Shown here: positions 27,773 to 35,986 of the stretch, in pieces
Position numbering within the stretch: position 1 is the stretch's first letter
Layout of the letters: each line of letters opens with the position of its first letter
Assembly: GCA_045592285.1 (NCBI GenBank)
Contig: JAZNUL010000129.1
Span: 1 to 59,833 of the forward strand
Length of the DNA: 59,833 nucleotides
Direction of reading: 5' to 3'
DNA from: Acutalibacteraceae bacterium
GTDB lineage: Bacteria; Bacillota; Clostridia; Oscillospirales; Acutalibacteraceae
Made by a program: the position numbers and the translations under genes
Notes under the pieces: model-generated
Database searches by the model: none
The model's input: the letters and a program-made list of their open reading frames with translations, nothing else
Told to the model about the DNA's origin: nothing

Positions 27773-29278
27773 ATGAAAAAATACATTTTAGCACTTGACC
27801 AGGGCACTACTTCTTCAAGAACAATAGTTTTTGATAAAAGAGGCAATATTGTATCAAAAGCACAATTTGAATTTACACAGATTTATCCACAAAGCGGTTG
27901 GGTTGAGCACGACCCTTATGAAATTTGGGAAAGTCAGCTTCACTCATTACAGGTTGCTTTACAGAATGGTAATATTAATCCTGAAGAAATCGCTGCTGTT
28001 GGTATTACTAACCAGCGTGAAACAACTATCGTGTGGGAAAGAGATACTGGTAAACCCGTTTACAATGCTATTGTGTGGCAATGCAGAAGAACTGCTCCTA
28101 TTTGCGAAAAACTCAAAGAAATGGGTTTAGAGCCTTATATTAAAGAGCATACAGGTCTTTTAATTGATGCATACTTTTCTGCAACAAAAATCAAATGGAT
28201 TTTAGATAACGTTCCAGAAGCAAGGACGTTAGCTAATGAAAATAAGCTTTGCTTCGGTACAGTTGAAACCTGGCTTATCTGGAACCTTACAAATAAACAA
28301 GTACATGTTACCGATTACAGTAATGCTTCACGTACAATGCTTTTTGATATTGAAAAGCTTCAGTGGGATGAAACTCTCTGTAATAAATTGGGTATTCCAA
28401 TGAGTATGCTCCCAGAAGTTAAAGAATCAAGTGCAATTTATGGCGAAATTGCAGATAATTTACCAGGTCTTTCTTCACTCAAAGGCATTCCAATCGGTGG
28501 TGCAATAGGTGACCAGCAATCTGCACTTTTTGGTCAGGCTTGCTTTAATGCGGGTCAGGCTAAAAACACTTATGGTACTGGTTGCTTCCTTCTTATGAAT
28601 ACTGGTGACAAGAGAGTCCGTTCACAAAATCAGCTTATTGAAGGTATTGCCTGGGGTTTAAACGGTAAAGTTACTTATGACTTAGAGGGTAGTGCATTTA
28701 ATGCAGGTTCAGTTATTAAATGGCTTCGTGATGAGCTTCGTATGATTTCTGAGCCATCTGAATGTGACTTCTTAGCAGAAAGTGTAGAGGATTCAAACGG
28801 GATTTATTTAGTTCCTGCTTTTACAGGTTTAGGGGCACCTTACTGGGATATGTATGCACGTGGTTGCATTGTTGGTTTAACACGTGGCACTAATCGTGCA
28901 CACTTTGCAAGAGCAGTTCTTGAAAGTATTACCTATCAGGTTACCGATTTAATTGAAGCTATGGCAAAGGATAGCGAAATGATTATTTCAGAAATTCGTG
29001 TTGACGGCGGTGCTTCTGTAAGTAACGTTATGCTTCAGATTCAGGCGGATATGGCTGGTGCTAAGGTTAACAGACCAAAGCTTGTTGAAACAACCGCTTT
29101 AGGTGCTGCTTATATGGCAGGTCTTGCAGTTGGCTTCTGGAAAAATCTTGACGAGATTGAAACAGACCGTGAGGTTGACAGAATCTTCATTCCTAATGTG
29201 AATACCGAAAAGCGTGAAAAAATGCTTAAAGGATGGCATAAGGCAGTCAAGTGCTCAATGAACTGGGAAGAGGCTTGA
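27773..29278 (+). CDS. glpK: Glycerol kinase
   Basis: [22 protein letters not shown] and [10 protein letters not shown] motifs. ATG 27773 with an AGGTGA SD. The track start GTG 27755 adds 6 atypical residues. Confidence 0.95.
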   Translation: MKKYILALDQGTTSSRTIVFDKRGNIVSKAQFEFTQIYPQSGWVEHDPYEIWESQLHSLQVALQNGNINPEEIAAVGITNQRETTIVWERDTGKPVYNAIVWQCRRTAPICEKLKEMGLEPYIKEHTGLLIDAYFSATKIKWILDNVPEARTLANENKLCFGTVETWLIWNLTNKQVHVTDYSNASRTMLFDIEKLQWDETLCNKLGIPMSMLPEVKESSAIYGEIADNLPGLSSLKGIPIGGAIGDQQSALFGQACFNAGQAKNTYGTGCFLLMNTGDKRVRSQNQLIEGIAWGLNGKVTYDLEGSAFNAGSVIKWLRDELRMISEPSECDFLAESVEDSNGIYLVPAFTGLGAPYWDMYARGCIVGLTRGTNRAHFARAVLESITYQVTDLIEAMAKDSEMIISEIRVDGGASVSNVMLQIQADMAGAKVNRPKLVETTALGAAYMAGLAVGFWKNLDEIETDREVDRIFIPNVNTEKREKMLKGWHKAVKCSMNWEEA

Positions 29279-29312
29279 TGGTGAATTTGTGCTCTATGCC
29301 CTCTTGCTCACC

Positions 29313-29417
29313 CTAACTCACGTGCCCTTGCACGCTTCGGGGTTCGCAAAAGGTCATATAACACCAAATTCCCACATCAATCCATGTTTCAGGGAATCGT
29401 AAAATGCCAACTATCAT
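29313..29417 (-). CDS. Candidate small ORF (34 aa) inside repeat copy 1
   Basis: Minus-strand ATG at 29417 preceded by GAGGTG with an 8-nt spacer. Translation MIVGILRFPETWIDVGIWCYMTFCEPRSVQGHVS. No family recognised and coding status unproven. Confidence 0.2.
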   Translation of the reverse strand: MIVGILRFPETWIDVGIWCYMTFCEPRSVQGHVS

Positions 29418-29436
29418 CAAATTTGCACCTCAATCT
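29332..29436. repeat. 105-bp direct repeat, copy 1
   Basis: ACGCTTCGGGGTTCGCAAAAGGTCATATAACACC...ATTTGCACCTCAATCT. Identical to copy 2 except at 3 positions. The first 11 nt recur immediately after the copy (29437-29447). Confidence 0.9.
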
Positions 29437-29481
29437 ACGCTTCGGGGCATAAAAAACACGAACTAAAGCACAAATAACGCA

Positions 29482-29589
29482 TTAATCCAACCTTGATGGA
29501 GTTACGCTACGGGGTTCGCAAAAGGTCATATAACACCAAATTCCCACATCAATCCATGTTTTAGGGAATCGTAAAATGCCAACTATCAT
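29482..29589 (-). CDS. Candidate small ORF (35 aa) inside repeat copy 2
   Basis: Minus-strand ATG at 29589. Translation MIVGILRFPKTWIDVGIWCYMTFCEPRSVTPSRLD. The SD position is degraded to GATGTG. Confidence 0.15.
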   Translation of the reverse strand: MIVGILRFPKTWIDVGIWCYMTFCEPRSVTPSRLD

Positions 29590-29608
29590 CAAATTTGCAC
29601 ATCAATCT
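29504..29608. repeat. 105-bp direct repeat, copy 2
   Basis: Same unit, 172 bp downstream of copy 1. Mismatches are T/A at unit position 6, C/T at unit position 59 (29390 vs 29562, within GTTTC/GTTTT) and C/A at unit position 98 (29429 vs 29601, within CACCT/CACAT). Confidence 0.9.
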
Positions 29609-29643
29609 GAGGTTGAGTGGTGATTTTAAATTTTAATAATATT

Positions 29644-29681
29644 AAAAGGTGGGTTGAACACTAATTCAATCCACCTTTTTA
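29644..29681. terminator. Bidirectional hairpin terminator downstream of blaR1-like (minus) and at the end of the glpK 3' region (plus)
   Basis: Stem AAAAGGTGG/CCACCTTTT with an 18-nt loop, with A/T runs on both sides. Confidence 0.55.
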
Positions 29682-29690
29682 TTATAGATT

Positions 29691-31766
29691 TTATTGAGAC
29701 AGGGTTGGATAGCTCGATATATAAATGACTTCACCTGTTAAGCTATCAATTTCTATTTTTTCTACAACCTCTTTTGTGTCATAAACTTCTTTTAAACAAA
29801 TGATTTTGTTTTTCTCTTTATCATAAGATTTGCTGTAAATATATCTTATTCCATCTTCAACTGACTCAAAATATCCTAAATCATAGTTGTAATTTGGAAT
29901 GTTCTTATTTTCAAGTATCTTGTTTGATACTTCAACAGAAATACCGACATCAGTAAGAAGAATATGCTCAATCTCAGAATATCGACAAATTTCTTCAGTT
30001 CTACCTATTTTATCTAAATAAGCCTGTGCATAAGCTTTGTTCTGATTCCAAAGGTTTTCATAATCCTTTTCAGTAGGAAACATTACACGATACTGATATT
30101 TTTTAGGGAACATCTCCTCTATTGAAGGTTGATATCTTGTGCCATCTTCGACGTAATCAATGTTTAGCAATTTATAGTCTTCTGTTGTTTTTTCAAATGT
30201 CATTACTGCAGGAACTCTACCGCCACCCTTTTCTACAAAATATCCATTTTCAAAACCAAAGTGACTATAATCTGTTAAAACATATACCTTGCATTTATTG
30301 TCAATAAATTCCGTTCCATAAATAATATGACCCTCTGTTGCACATTCTGTGCCAAAATCATAATACTTAATTTTATTATCATCAAGTATCGCTTTGGCTA
30401 CAGCTTTTTCAATGTTTTCTCTTTCTTGAGTAGTGGATATTTCATTTAATTCGAATTCAACCCAGGTTTTATATTCTTCGGTGCTACCATTAACTGAAAA
30501 AGGCACAACCAATCTGTATGTTCCTTTTTCAGATATATCGTTATATTGAGCCTTATATGTTTCTTCTTTTGTTTCATCAGGTTTTAGAAGGAATCCAATT
30601 AAATGAAAAACAAATTCCTGCGTTGCTGTATCAATCCATTTGTTTCCATCTTTATATTCAATATAAAACATTTCACCATAGGTGATTTCAGCAGAAGTTT
30701 CGTTATGCCATTCAACATTGAATATCTTTGAATTATCAGTTGTTTCTTCAATTGAATTCAAAGTGATATAAACTCCATTAAAATCAGTAAAAACAGTATC
30801 ATTGCGTTCTATTATATTTTTATGGGTTAATGGATTTGTAAGAAAACAAACTGCAACGACAACACTTAATATTACAGCAACAAGAATAACCCAGAATGCA
30901 GGTTTTTTATAATTCAAAACAGATTTTACTCTGTTTTTCACATTTGCTTCACCAAACGCAACAGGACAAGCAGAAATTAATCTTCTGTTTACGCTACAAC
31001 TAAGAAGAGCTTCTGAATAATCTGCTCTTTGGTCTGTGTTCAATGCTTTTATGACTTTTTCAACACAGGCAAGTTCAATATCACGACAAAGAAGAATATA
31101 ACCAAGCCAAACTAAAGGATTGAACCAATGAAAAGTGAGAATTAAGAATCCAAGTGGTTTCCACAGATGGTCTTTTCTCTTGATATGTGCTGTTTCGTGA
31201 GAAATAACGTGTTCTACATCTTGTGTTTTCATATTGAAAGGTATATAAATTTTAGGATTTATAATCCCAAGCACAAAGGGTGATACTACTGCTTCACTCT
31301 GATAAATATTATCACGGAGTAAAACGGCTGTTCCGATTTTCTTCTTTAATTTTACGTAACTTATAATAGTGTAAATTAAAAGTAAAATAATACCAACAAG
31401 CCATGTACCTGCTAAATATGGCATAATAAATTTAAAGACGTTAAGTTCTTTTTCGGGTTCTGGAGTAATAGTGGCATTACTTATAACAGGGTTTACAACA
31501 TTATCAATAACAGACACACCAGAGTCTATAACGGCGGGATTTAATGCTACTTCTGGATTTATTGTCTGAGAATTCGGGATAAGACTTAAGGCACTTTCAA
31601 AAGAAAATGGGCAAATGAGTCGTATTGCAACAATACCCCAAAGTAAAACATTAACCCATTTAGGAGCTTTTTTTAGTAGTAATCTTAATAAGAGAACGGC
31701 TAAAATAACCCACCCTGCAGATATGCTCATATTAACTACAGTTATGAAGAACTCGGTCATATTCAT
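29691..31766 (-). CDS. BlaR1/MecR1-family M56 peptidase signal transducer with a non-PBP extracellular domain
   Basis: 691 aa. N-terminal TM helices and the HETAHIKRKDH zinc-protease motif. A further TM helix near aa 290-310, then about 380 aa of extracellular sequence without an obvious SxxK/KTG penicillin-binding signature. Confidence 0.8.
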   Translation of the reverse strand: MNMTEFFITVVNMSISAGWVILAVLLLRLLLKKAPKWVNVLLWGIVAIRLICPFSFESALSLIPNSQTINPEVALNPAVIDSGVSVIDNVVNPVISNATITPEPEKELNVFKFIMPYLAGTWLVGIILLLIYTIISYVKLKKKIGTAVLLRDNIYQSEAVVSPFVLGIINPKIYIPFNMKTQDVEHVISHETAHIKRKDHLWKPLGFLILTFHWFNPLVWLGYILLCRDIELACVEKVIKALNTDQRADYSEALLSCSVNRRLISACPVAFGEANVKNRVKSVLNYKKPAFWVILVAVILSVVVAVCFLTNPLTHKNIIERNDTVFTDFNGVYITLNSIEETTDNSKIFNVEWHNETSAEITYGEMFYIEYKDGNKWIDTATQEFVFHLIGFLLKPDETKEETYKAQYNDISEKGTYRLVVPFSVNGSTEEYKTWVEFELNEISTTQERENIEKAVAKAILDDNKIKYYDFGTECATEGHIIYGTEFIDNKCKVYVLTDYSHFGFENGYFVEKGGGRVPAVMTFEKTTEDYKLLNIDYVEDGTRYQPSIEEMFPKKYQYRVMFPTEKDYENLWNQNKAYAQAYLDKIGRTEEICRYSEIEHILLTDVGISVEVSNKILENKNIPNYNYDLGYFESVEDGIRYIYSKSYDKEKNKIICLKEVYDTKEVVEKIEIDSLTGEVIYISSYPTLSQ

Positions 31767-32128
31767 TCTCCCTTTCTGTATTTATCAATCATTTTCTGTA
31801 CTTCATCAATTTCTTTTTCTGATATTTTCTGGTGTTTTGTAAAAGCCGCTATAAATGCAGGCAGAGAACCTTCAAATTTTTTTTCAACCATTTCGTTAAT
31901 TTCTGACGCCTGAACTTCATCTTTTGAAACTAAAGAAGAAACAATTGTGTTTTCATTTTTTAGAACACCTCTTTCAGACAGACGTTTGATAACGGTGTAT
32001 GTAGTGGTAGGCTTCCAACCCAACTGCTCTTTACAAAGATTAACAAGTTCACTTGATTTTATTGGTTCGTGTTCCCACAAAATCAAGCAAAAACGATATT
32101 CACTTTCAAATACTTTTGGTGTTTCCAT
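31763..32128 (-). CDS. BlaI/MecI/CopY-family winged-helix repressor
   Basis: 121 aa. Family-typical N-terminal wHTH (EYRFCLILWEHEPIKSSELV...TTTYTVIKRLSERGVL). 4-bp overlap with the blaR1-like gene. Confidence 0.85.
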   Translation of the reverse strand: METPKVFESEYRFCLILWEHEPIKSSELVNLCKEQLGWKPTTTYTVIKRLSERGVLKNENTIVSSLVSKDEVQASEINEMVEKKFEGSLPAFIAAFTKHQKISEKEIDEVQKMIDKYRKGE

Positions 32129-32143
32129 ATTGATTACTCCTTC

Positions 32144-32161
32144 TCTCTAATGCGTTAGAGT
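32144..32161. promoter_or_regulatory. Operator dyad B: TCTCTAA-N4-TTAGAGT in the 5' UTR
   Basis: TCTCTAATGCGTTAGAGT, arms complementary at 6 of 7 positions. Centre-to-centre distance to dyad A is 26 bp. Confidence 0.45.
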
Positions 32162-32169
32162 TTATTTAC

Positions 32170-32187
32170 ACTCTAACATATTAGAGT
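32170..32187. promoter_or_regulatory. Operator dyad A: perfect 18-bp palindrome ACTCTAA-N4-TTAGAGT overlapping the -10 hexamer
   Basis: ACTCTAACATATTAGAGT read directly from the sequence. The location is typical for BlaI/MecI autoregulation. Confidence 0.5.
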
Positions 32188-32198
32188 TTGAATGTCAA
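32170..32198 (-). promoter_or_regulatory. Promoter of the blaI/blaR1-like operon
   Basis: Minus strand reads TTGACA (plus 32193-32198), 17 nt, TAGAGT (plus 32170-32175). SD GAAGGAG at 32137-32143. Confidence 0.5.
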
Positions 32199-32230
32199 TA
32201 TGTTTTAAAAGAAAGGAAGAAAAAAATTAC

Positions 32231-32259
32231 TTACATTAATTAAAAAAATATGATATAAT
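32231..32259 (+). promoter_or_regulatory. Candidate promoter upstream of the carD-like leader
   Basis: TTACAT, 17 nt, TATAAT, with an extended -10 TG (TGATATAAT). Confidence 0.4.
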
Positions 32260-32267
32260 AAAAAAAC

Positions 32268-32321
32268 AACGAGTAGTGCAATAAGCGACGTAAGTCCGGT
32301 TGCCTGCTCGTTTTATTTTTT
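32268..32321 (+). terminator. Terminator-like hairpin plus U-tract 19 nt upstream of the carD-like start (possible attenuator or short RNA)
   Basis: AACGAGUAG pairs with CUGCUCGUU (one G-U pair). Inner GCAA/UUGC pairing. Followed by TTTTATTTTTT. Confidence 0.4.
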
Positions 32322-32339
32322 ATCAGGATGGTTTTTGTT

Positions 32340-32843
32340 ATGTATAAAAAAGGTGATTATATTGTTTATGGTAATGCGGGTGTTTATAAAGTAGAAGATA
32401 TTACTACATTAAAGGGTATCAGCTACGCTGATAAAAACAAGGATTATTATGTTTTGAAGCCAGCTTTTTCTTCAGGTGTTGTTTATTACCCTGTGGATTC
32501 AGATAAGGTTTTTACAAGACATATTATTTCAAAAGAAGAAGCAGAAAAAATAATTGCTTTGATTCCAGAAATAAAAGTTGAAACAAAGGATTTTGATAAC
32601 ACTAATGAACTTTCTGAATATTATAAATCAATTATTTCAAATCATAATTGCAAAGATTTAATAGAGCTTCTTATGATAATATATAAAAAAAGAGAGATTG
32701 CCTCAGAGCAAAAAAGAAAGCTCTGGCAGGTTGACGAAGTTTATCAGAAACAAGCAGAAATTCAGTTGTATTCCGAATTTGCAGTAGCACTTAATATAGA
32801 TATAAATGAAGTTGAAGCGTATATTCAAGAAAAAATAAAATAA
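32340..32843 (+). CDS. CarD/CdnL-family (TRCF RNAP-interacting domain) transcription factor
   Basis: N-terminus MYKKGDYIVYGNAGVYKVEDI is typical of the CarD_CdnL_TRCF domain. ATG 32340 has an AGGATGG SD. Confidence 0.7.
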   Translation: MYKKGDYIVYGNAGVYKVEDITTLKGISYADKNKDYYVLKPAFSSGVVYYPVDSDKVFTRHIISKEEAEKIIALIPEIKVETKDFDNTNELSEYYKSIISNHNCKDLIELLMIIYKKREIASEQKRKLWQVDEVYQKQAEIQLYSEFAVALNIDINEVEAYIQEKIK

Positions 32844-32927
32844 AATTATCAAAAAGTACTTAAAATAGGTCACATAATGTGTTATTATGGGAGAGTAAAA
32901 AATAAAAGATAAAAAAGGGATTTTATT

Positions 32928-34211
32928 ATGGATAGCACAATTTTGATTTTATTTGTTCTTTTTAGTGTAATTATTATTTTACTTGGTGTATGTGTTGCAT
33001 TGCTTGTTTCTTTAAAGAAAAACAGAAATGACAGTGCAATTTTTGACGAGCTTCGACACAATCGTGAAGAAATGTCAAAAGCAAGCCGAATGTCACGTGA
33101 AGACGTAATAAACGGACTCGAAAAAGTTGACACAAGACTTAACGCTTTAAGAGAAGAAAACTACAAAAGTCGTATTGATATGACTGAAAAAATTACAGAA
33201 AATCTTAATGTTATAAGGCAGAATAACATTGAGCAGAATGACAGACAAACTCGTTTTATAGTTGAGTCTGTTGCAAAGCTTCAAGAAAGTAACGAAAAGA
33301 AGCTCGAAGAAATGAGAGTTACAGTTGACGAAAAATTGACTTCTACTCTCACAACAAGGCTTAATTCTTCTTTTAAAACTGTTTCTGAACAGCTCGAAAA
33401 CGTTTATAAATCTTTAGGTGAAATGAAAGAGCTTTCACAAGGTGTTACAAATAACGTTACATCTTTAAACAGAGTGCTTACAAACGTTAAAGCACGTGGT
33501 ACTTGGGCAGAAGTTCAGTTAGAGTCTTTGTTAGACCAGACAATTCCTGGAATGTATGTAAAAAACTACTCACCAAAAACTAATGGTGAGCGTGTAGAAT
33601 TTGCAGTTAAAATTCCGAGTGGTGAAAACAAAGATGAAGTAATTTATTTGCCAATAGACTCAAAATTCCCAATGGAAGACTATGTGAGACTTTGTGATGC
33701 TACTGATTCTTGTGATGCTGAACTCATAAGAGTAGCACGAAAAGCACTTGAAGACAGAGTTTTAGCTGAAGCTAAGGACGTTAAAAAATATATAGAGCCA
33801 CCAAAGACCACGCCGTTTGCAATTCTTTACCTTGCAACAGAAGGTCTTTATGCAGAAATAGTTTCTTCTAAAAATGGTATTGTTGAAAAAATGCAACAAG
33901 AAAATATTATGATTGCAGGTCCTACAACAATTACTGCACTTCTTAATTCATTTGCTATGGGCTTTAAGGCTATTGCTATAAACGAAAAAGCGGACGAAGT
34001 AAGAACTCTTTTATCTGTTGCAAAATCACAGTACAATACATTTGGTACAGTATTAGAAAAAGCAAAGAAAAAGATTGATGAAGCTGGTAAAACTCTTGAT
34101 GAAGCCCAAAAACGTAACGATATAATTCAGAAAAAGCTTAAAGGTGTTGAGGTAATTGACGGCACAGAAGCTGATGAAATTTTAGGTTTTCAGTTAGAAG
34201 TTGAAGAATAA
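32928..34211 (+). CDS. rmuC: DNA recombination protein RmuC
   Basis: 427 aa. N-terminal TM helix, long coiled coil, and a C-terminal RmuC nuclease-like region (ARGTWAEVQLESLL, IDSKFP, ILYLATEGLY, IAGPTT). Confidence 0.85.
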   Translation: MDSTILILFVLFSVIIILLGVCVALLVSLKKNRNDSAIFDELRHNREEMSKASRMSREDVINGLEKVDTRLNALREENYKSRIDMTEKITENLNVIRQNNIEQNDRQTRFIVESVAKLQESNEKKLEEMRVTVDEKLTSTLTTRLNSSFKTVSEQLENVYKSLGEMKELSQGVTNNVTSLNRVLTNVKARGTWAEVQLESLLDQTIPGMYVKNYSPKTNGERVEFAVKIPSGENKDEVIYLPIDSKFPMEDYVRLCDATDSCDAELIRVARKALEDRVLAEAKDVKKYIEPPKTTPFAILYLATEGLYAEIVSSKNGIVEKMQQENIMIAGPTTITALLNSFAMGFKAIAINEKADEVRTLLSVAKSQYNTFGTVLEKAKKKIDEAGKTLDEAQKRNDIIQKKLKGVEVIDGTEADEILGFQLEVEE

Positions 34212-34216
34212 AAAAG

Positions 34217-34255
34217 CAGGGATTAGAATTAATGAATTCTAATCCCTGTAAATTT
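34217..34255. terminator. Bidirectional intrinsic terminator between rmuC and the epimerase gene
   Basis: Perfect 14-bp stem CAGGGATTAGAATT/AATTCTAATCCCTG, with an A-run before and a T-run after. Confidence 0.75.
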
Positions 34256-35125
34256 TTATTTAAATGCTTCTCTTAAAAATTCAACTGAGTTTTTAGCATC
34301 AAGGTCAATTTCTTCCATTGTTTTGCCCTTTGACATATCACGCCAGATAGAAATATCTTTACCTACCTGACCACCCATAAGAACAAATGGCTCCATAACA
34401 ACATATTCGTCATAACCGATTTCTTTAAGAGTTCTGCCTATTTCATACCAGTCGATTCTGCTGTTTTTGTTAGGGCAACGTCTGTTAGGTTCGCCCACGT
34501 GGAATGCACCGAGAGTACCTTTTGTAAGACGGATTGCATCAACTAAAGAATCTTCTTCAATATTCATATGGAATGTATCGAGCATTGATTTTACGTTTGG
34601 TTTGTCAACTGCTTTAACATAGTCAACGTCTTCATAAGCCTCGTTAATCATATAGCCTTCAAATCTGTTGAGAGATTCCATACAGAGAGTAATGCCGTGG
34701 TCAGCAGCAATATCTGCAAGTCTTCTCATATTTTTAATACTTCTTTCGGTGTCAGCAGCTTTGTCAAATCCACCTTTAAAATCAACTGGCCAGTAAGAGT
34801 AAAGAGCGCCACCGATACGGTCAATTCCCGCGATTTCCATTTTTCTGAAAATATCGCTGTAGAATTTCAATGCGTTTTCTACCACTGAACTGTCAGGTGA
34901 AGCAAGATTGTGCTCAGGTCTTGGGCCATAACCACCAGAGAGCAACATTCCGTTAGCATCAGCAACATTCTTGAGCTCTTTAAAGTAATCGTCATTTTCT
35001 AAGTGGAATGCACCACAAGCAACTTCTAAAACGTCAAAACCTAATTTTTTTGTTTTTTCAATGTATGGAACGAAGTTTCCGCCCCATTCGTGCTCCCAAT
35101 AAGCATAGTAAATACCAAATTTCAT
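34256..35125 (-). CDS. D-psicose (D-allulose)/D-tagatose 3-epimerase family protein
   Basis: N-terminus MKFGIYYAYWEHEWGG closely resembles characterised clostridial D-psicose 3-epimerases. ATG at 35125 has an AAAGGAG SD. The track ORF extends 18 codons further upstream. Confidence 0.7.
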   Translation of the reverse strand: MKFGIYYAYWEHEWGGNFVPYIEKTKKLGFDVLEVACGAFHLENDDYFKELKNVADANGMLLSGGYGPRPEHNLASPDSSVVENALKFYSDIFRKMEIAGIDRIGGALYSYWPVDFKGGFDKAADTERSIKNMRRLADIAADHGITLCMESLNRFEGYMINEAYEDVDYVKAVDKPNVKSMLDTFHMNIEEDSLVDAIRLTKGTLGAFHVGEPNRRCPNKNSRIDWYEIGRTLKEIGYDEYVVMEPFVLMGGQVGKDISIWRDMSKGKTMEEIDLDAKNSVEFLREAFK

Positions 35126-35141
35126 ATTTTTAACTCCTTTA

Positions 35142-35978
35142 TTAATATTCTGGAATAGCCTCTTTTTTAGAAACAACAAAAGCGCTTATTTGAGTAGCCT
35201 TTTTAAGACTTTTCTCGATATCATTTGTCTTGAAATATTCACAAATAAACGTAGCACCAAAGCTGTCACCAGCACCAACTGTAGAAGCAACTTTTGTTTT
35301 TGGTGCTTTTTGTGAATATTCTTTTTTATTCTTGCAATCAAAGACAGTTGCTCCATTTTCGCCTTGTGTGAGTAAAATGAATTCAAGATTTTTGTAAATT
35401 TCTGCAATATCTTCTAATTCTTTTAAGCCACACGCTTCTGTAACAAAGTGGAGTTCTTCATCACTGATTTTTAAAATATTTGCATTGCTCAGGGCAAATA
35501 AAATTGTTTCATCAGAAAAGAATGGCGGTCGTATATTTATATCGCAATAAATCTTTTTTATATTGCTATTTTTAAGAATTGATTTTACAGTTTCAAGGTT
35601 TTCTTTACTTCTTAAAGCCAATGTACCAAAACAAAAAACATCAAACTTAGAATTATTTATATTCTCAGGTGCTTTTATGTAGTCATAAGCAACGTCAGTT
35701 AAAACGTTGTAAGAAGGAACACCGTTTTCATTAAGAGTAACAATGCATTTGCCGGTTTCTTTTTCTTCATTTATAGAAACGAAATTGGTTTTTACATTAA
35801 AATTATTAACTATTTCTAAGGCAGAATAGCCTAAATCATCATTACCGACAGAAGAAAGCATAAAGCTATCTGCGCCCTGTTTGCTACAGTGTGCCGCAAG
35901 ATTAAGCGGTGCACCACCTATGAATTTTTCTGTTTCGTAAACGTCCCAGATAATTTCACCAAATGAGAGGATTTTCAT
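35142..35978 (-). CDS. PfkB-family carbohydrate kinase (fructokinase-like)
   Basis: 278 aa with N-terminal GEIIWD...GGAPLN and C-terminal TVGAGDSF motifs. Confidence 0.8.
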   Translation of the reverse strand: MKILSFGEIIWDVYETEKFIGGAPLNLAAHCSKQGADSFMLSSVGNDDLGYSALEIVNNFNVKTNFVSINEEKETGKCIVTLNENGVPSYNVLTDVAYDYIKAPENINNSKFDVFCFGTLALRSKENLETVKSILKNSNIKKIYCDINIRPPFFSDETILFALSNANILKISDEELHFVTEACGLKELEDIAEIYKNLEFILLTQGENGATVFDCKNKKEYSQKAPKTKVASTVGAGDSFGATFICEYFKTNDIEKSLKKATQISAFVVSKKEAIPEY

Positions 35979-35986
35979 ACAAAGAC

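Noticed and set aside
29332-29608. CRISPR array as an explanation for the direct repeats
   Set aside because: There are only two full copies. The unit is 105 bp, far longer than the 24-48 bp of CRISPR repeats. The spacer between copies is 67 bp and includes a partial repeat. There are no cas genes in the window.
32885-33133. 82-aa minus-strand ORF overlapping the rmuC start
   Set aside because: It is antisense to the well-supported rmuC N-terminus and its promoter region. It has Ser/Phe/Ile-rich low-complexity translation and no SD.
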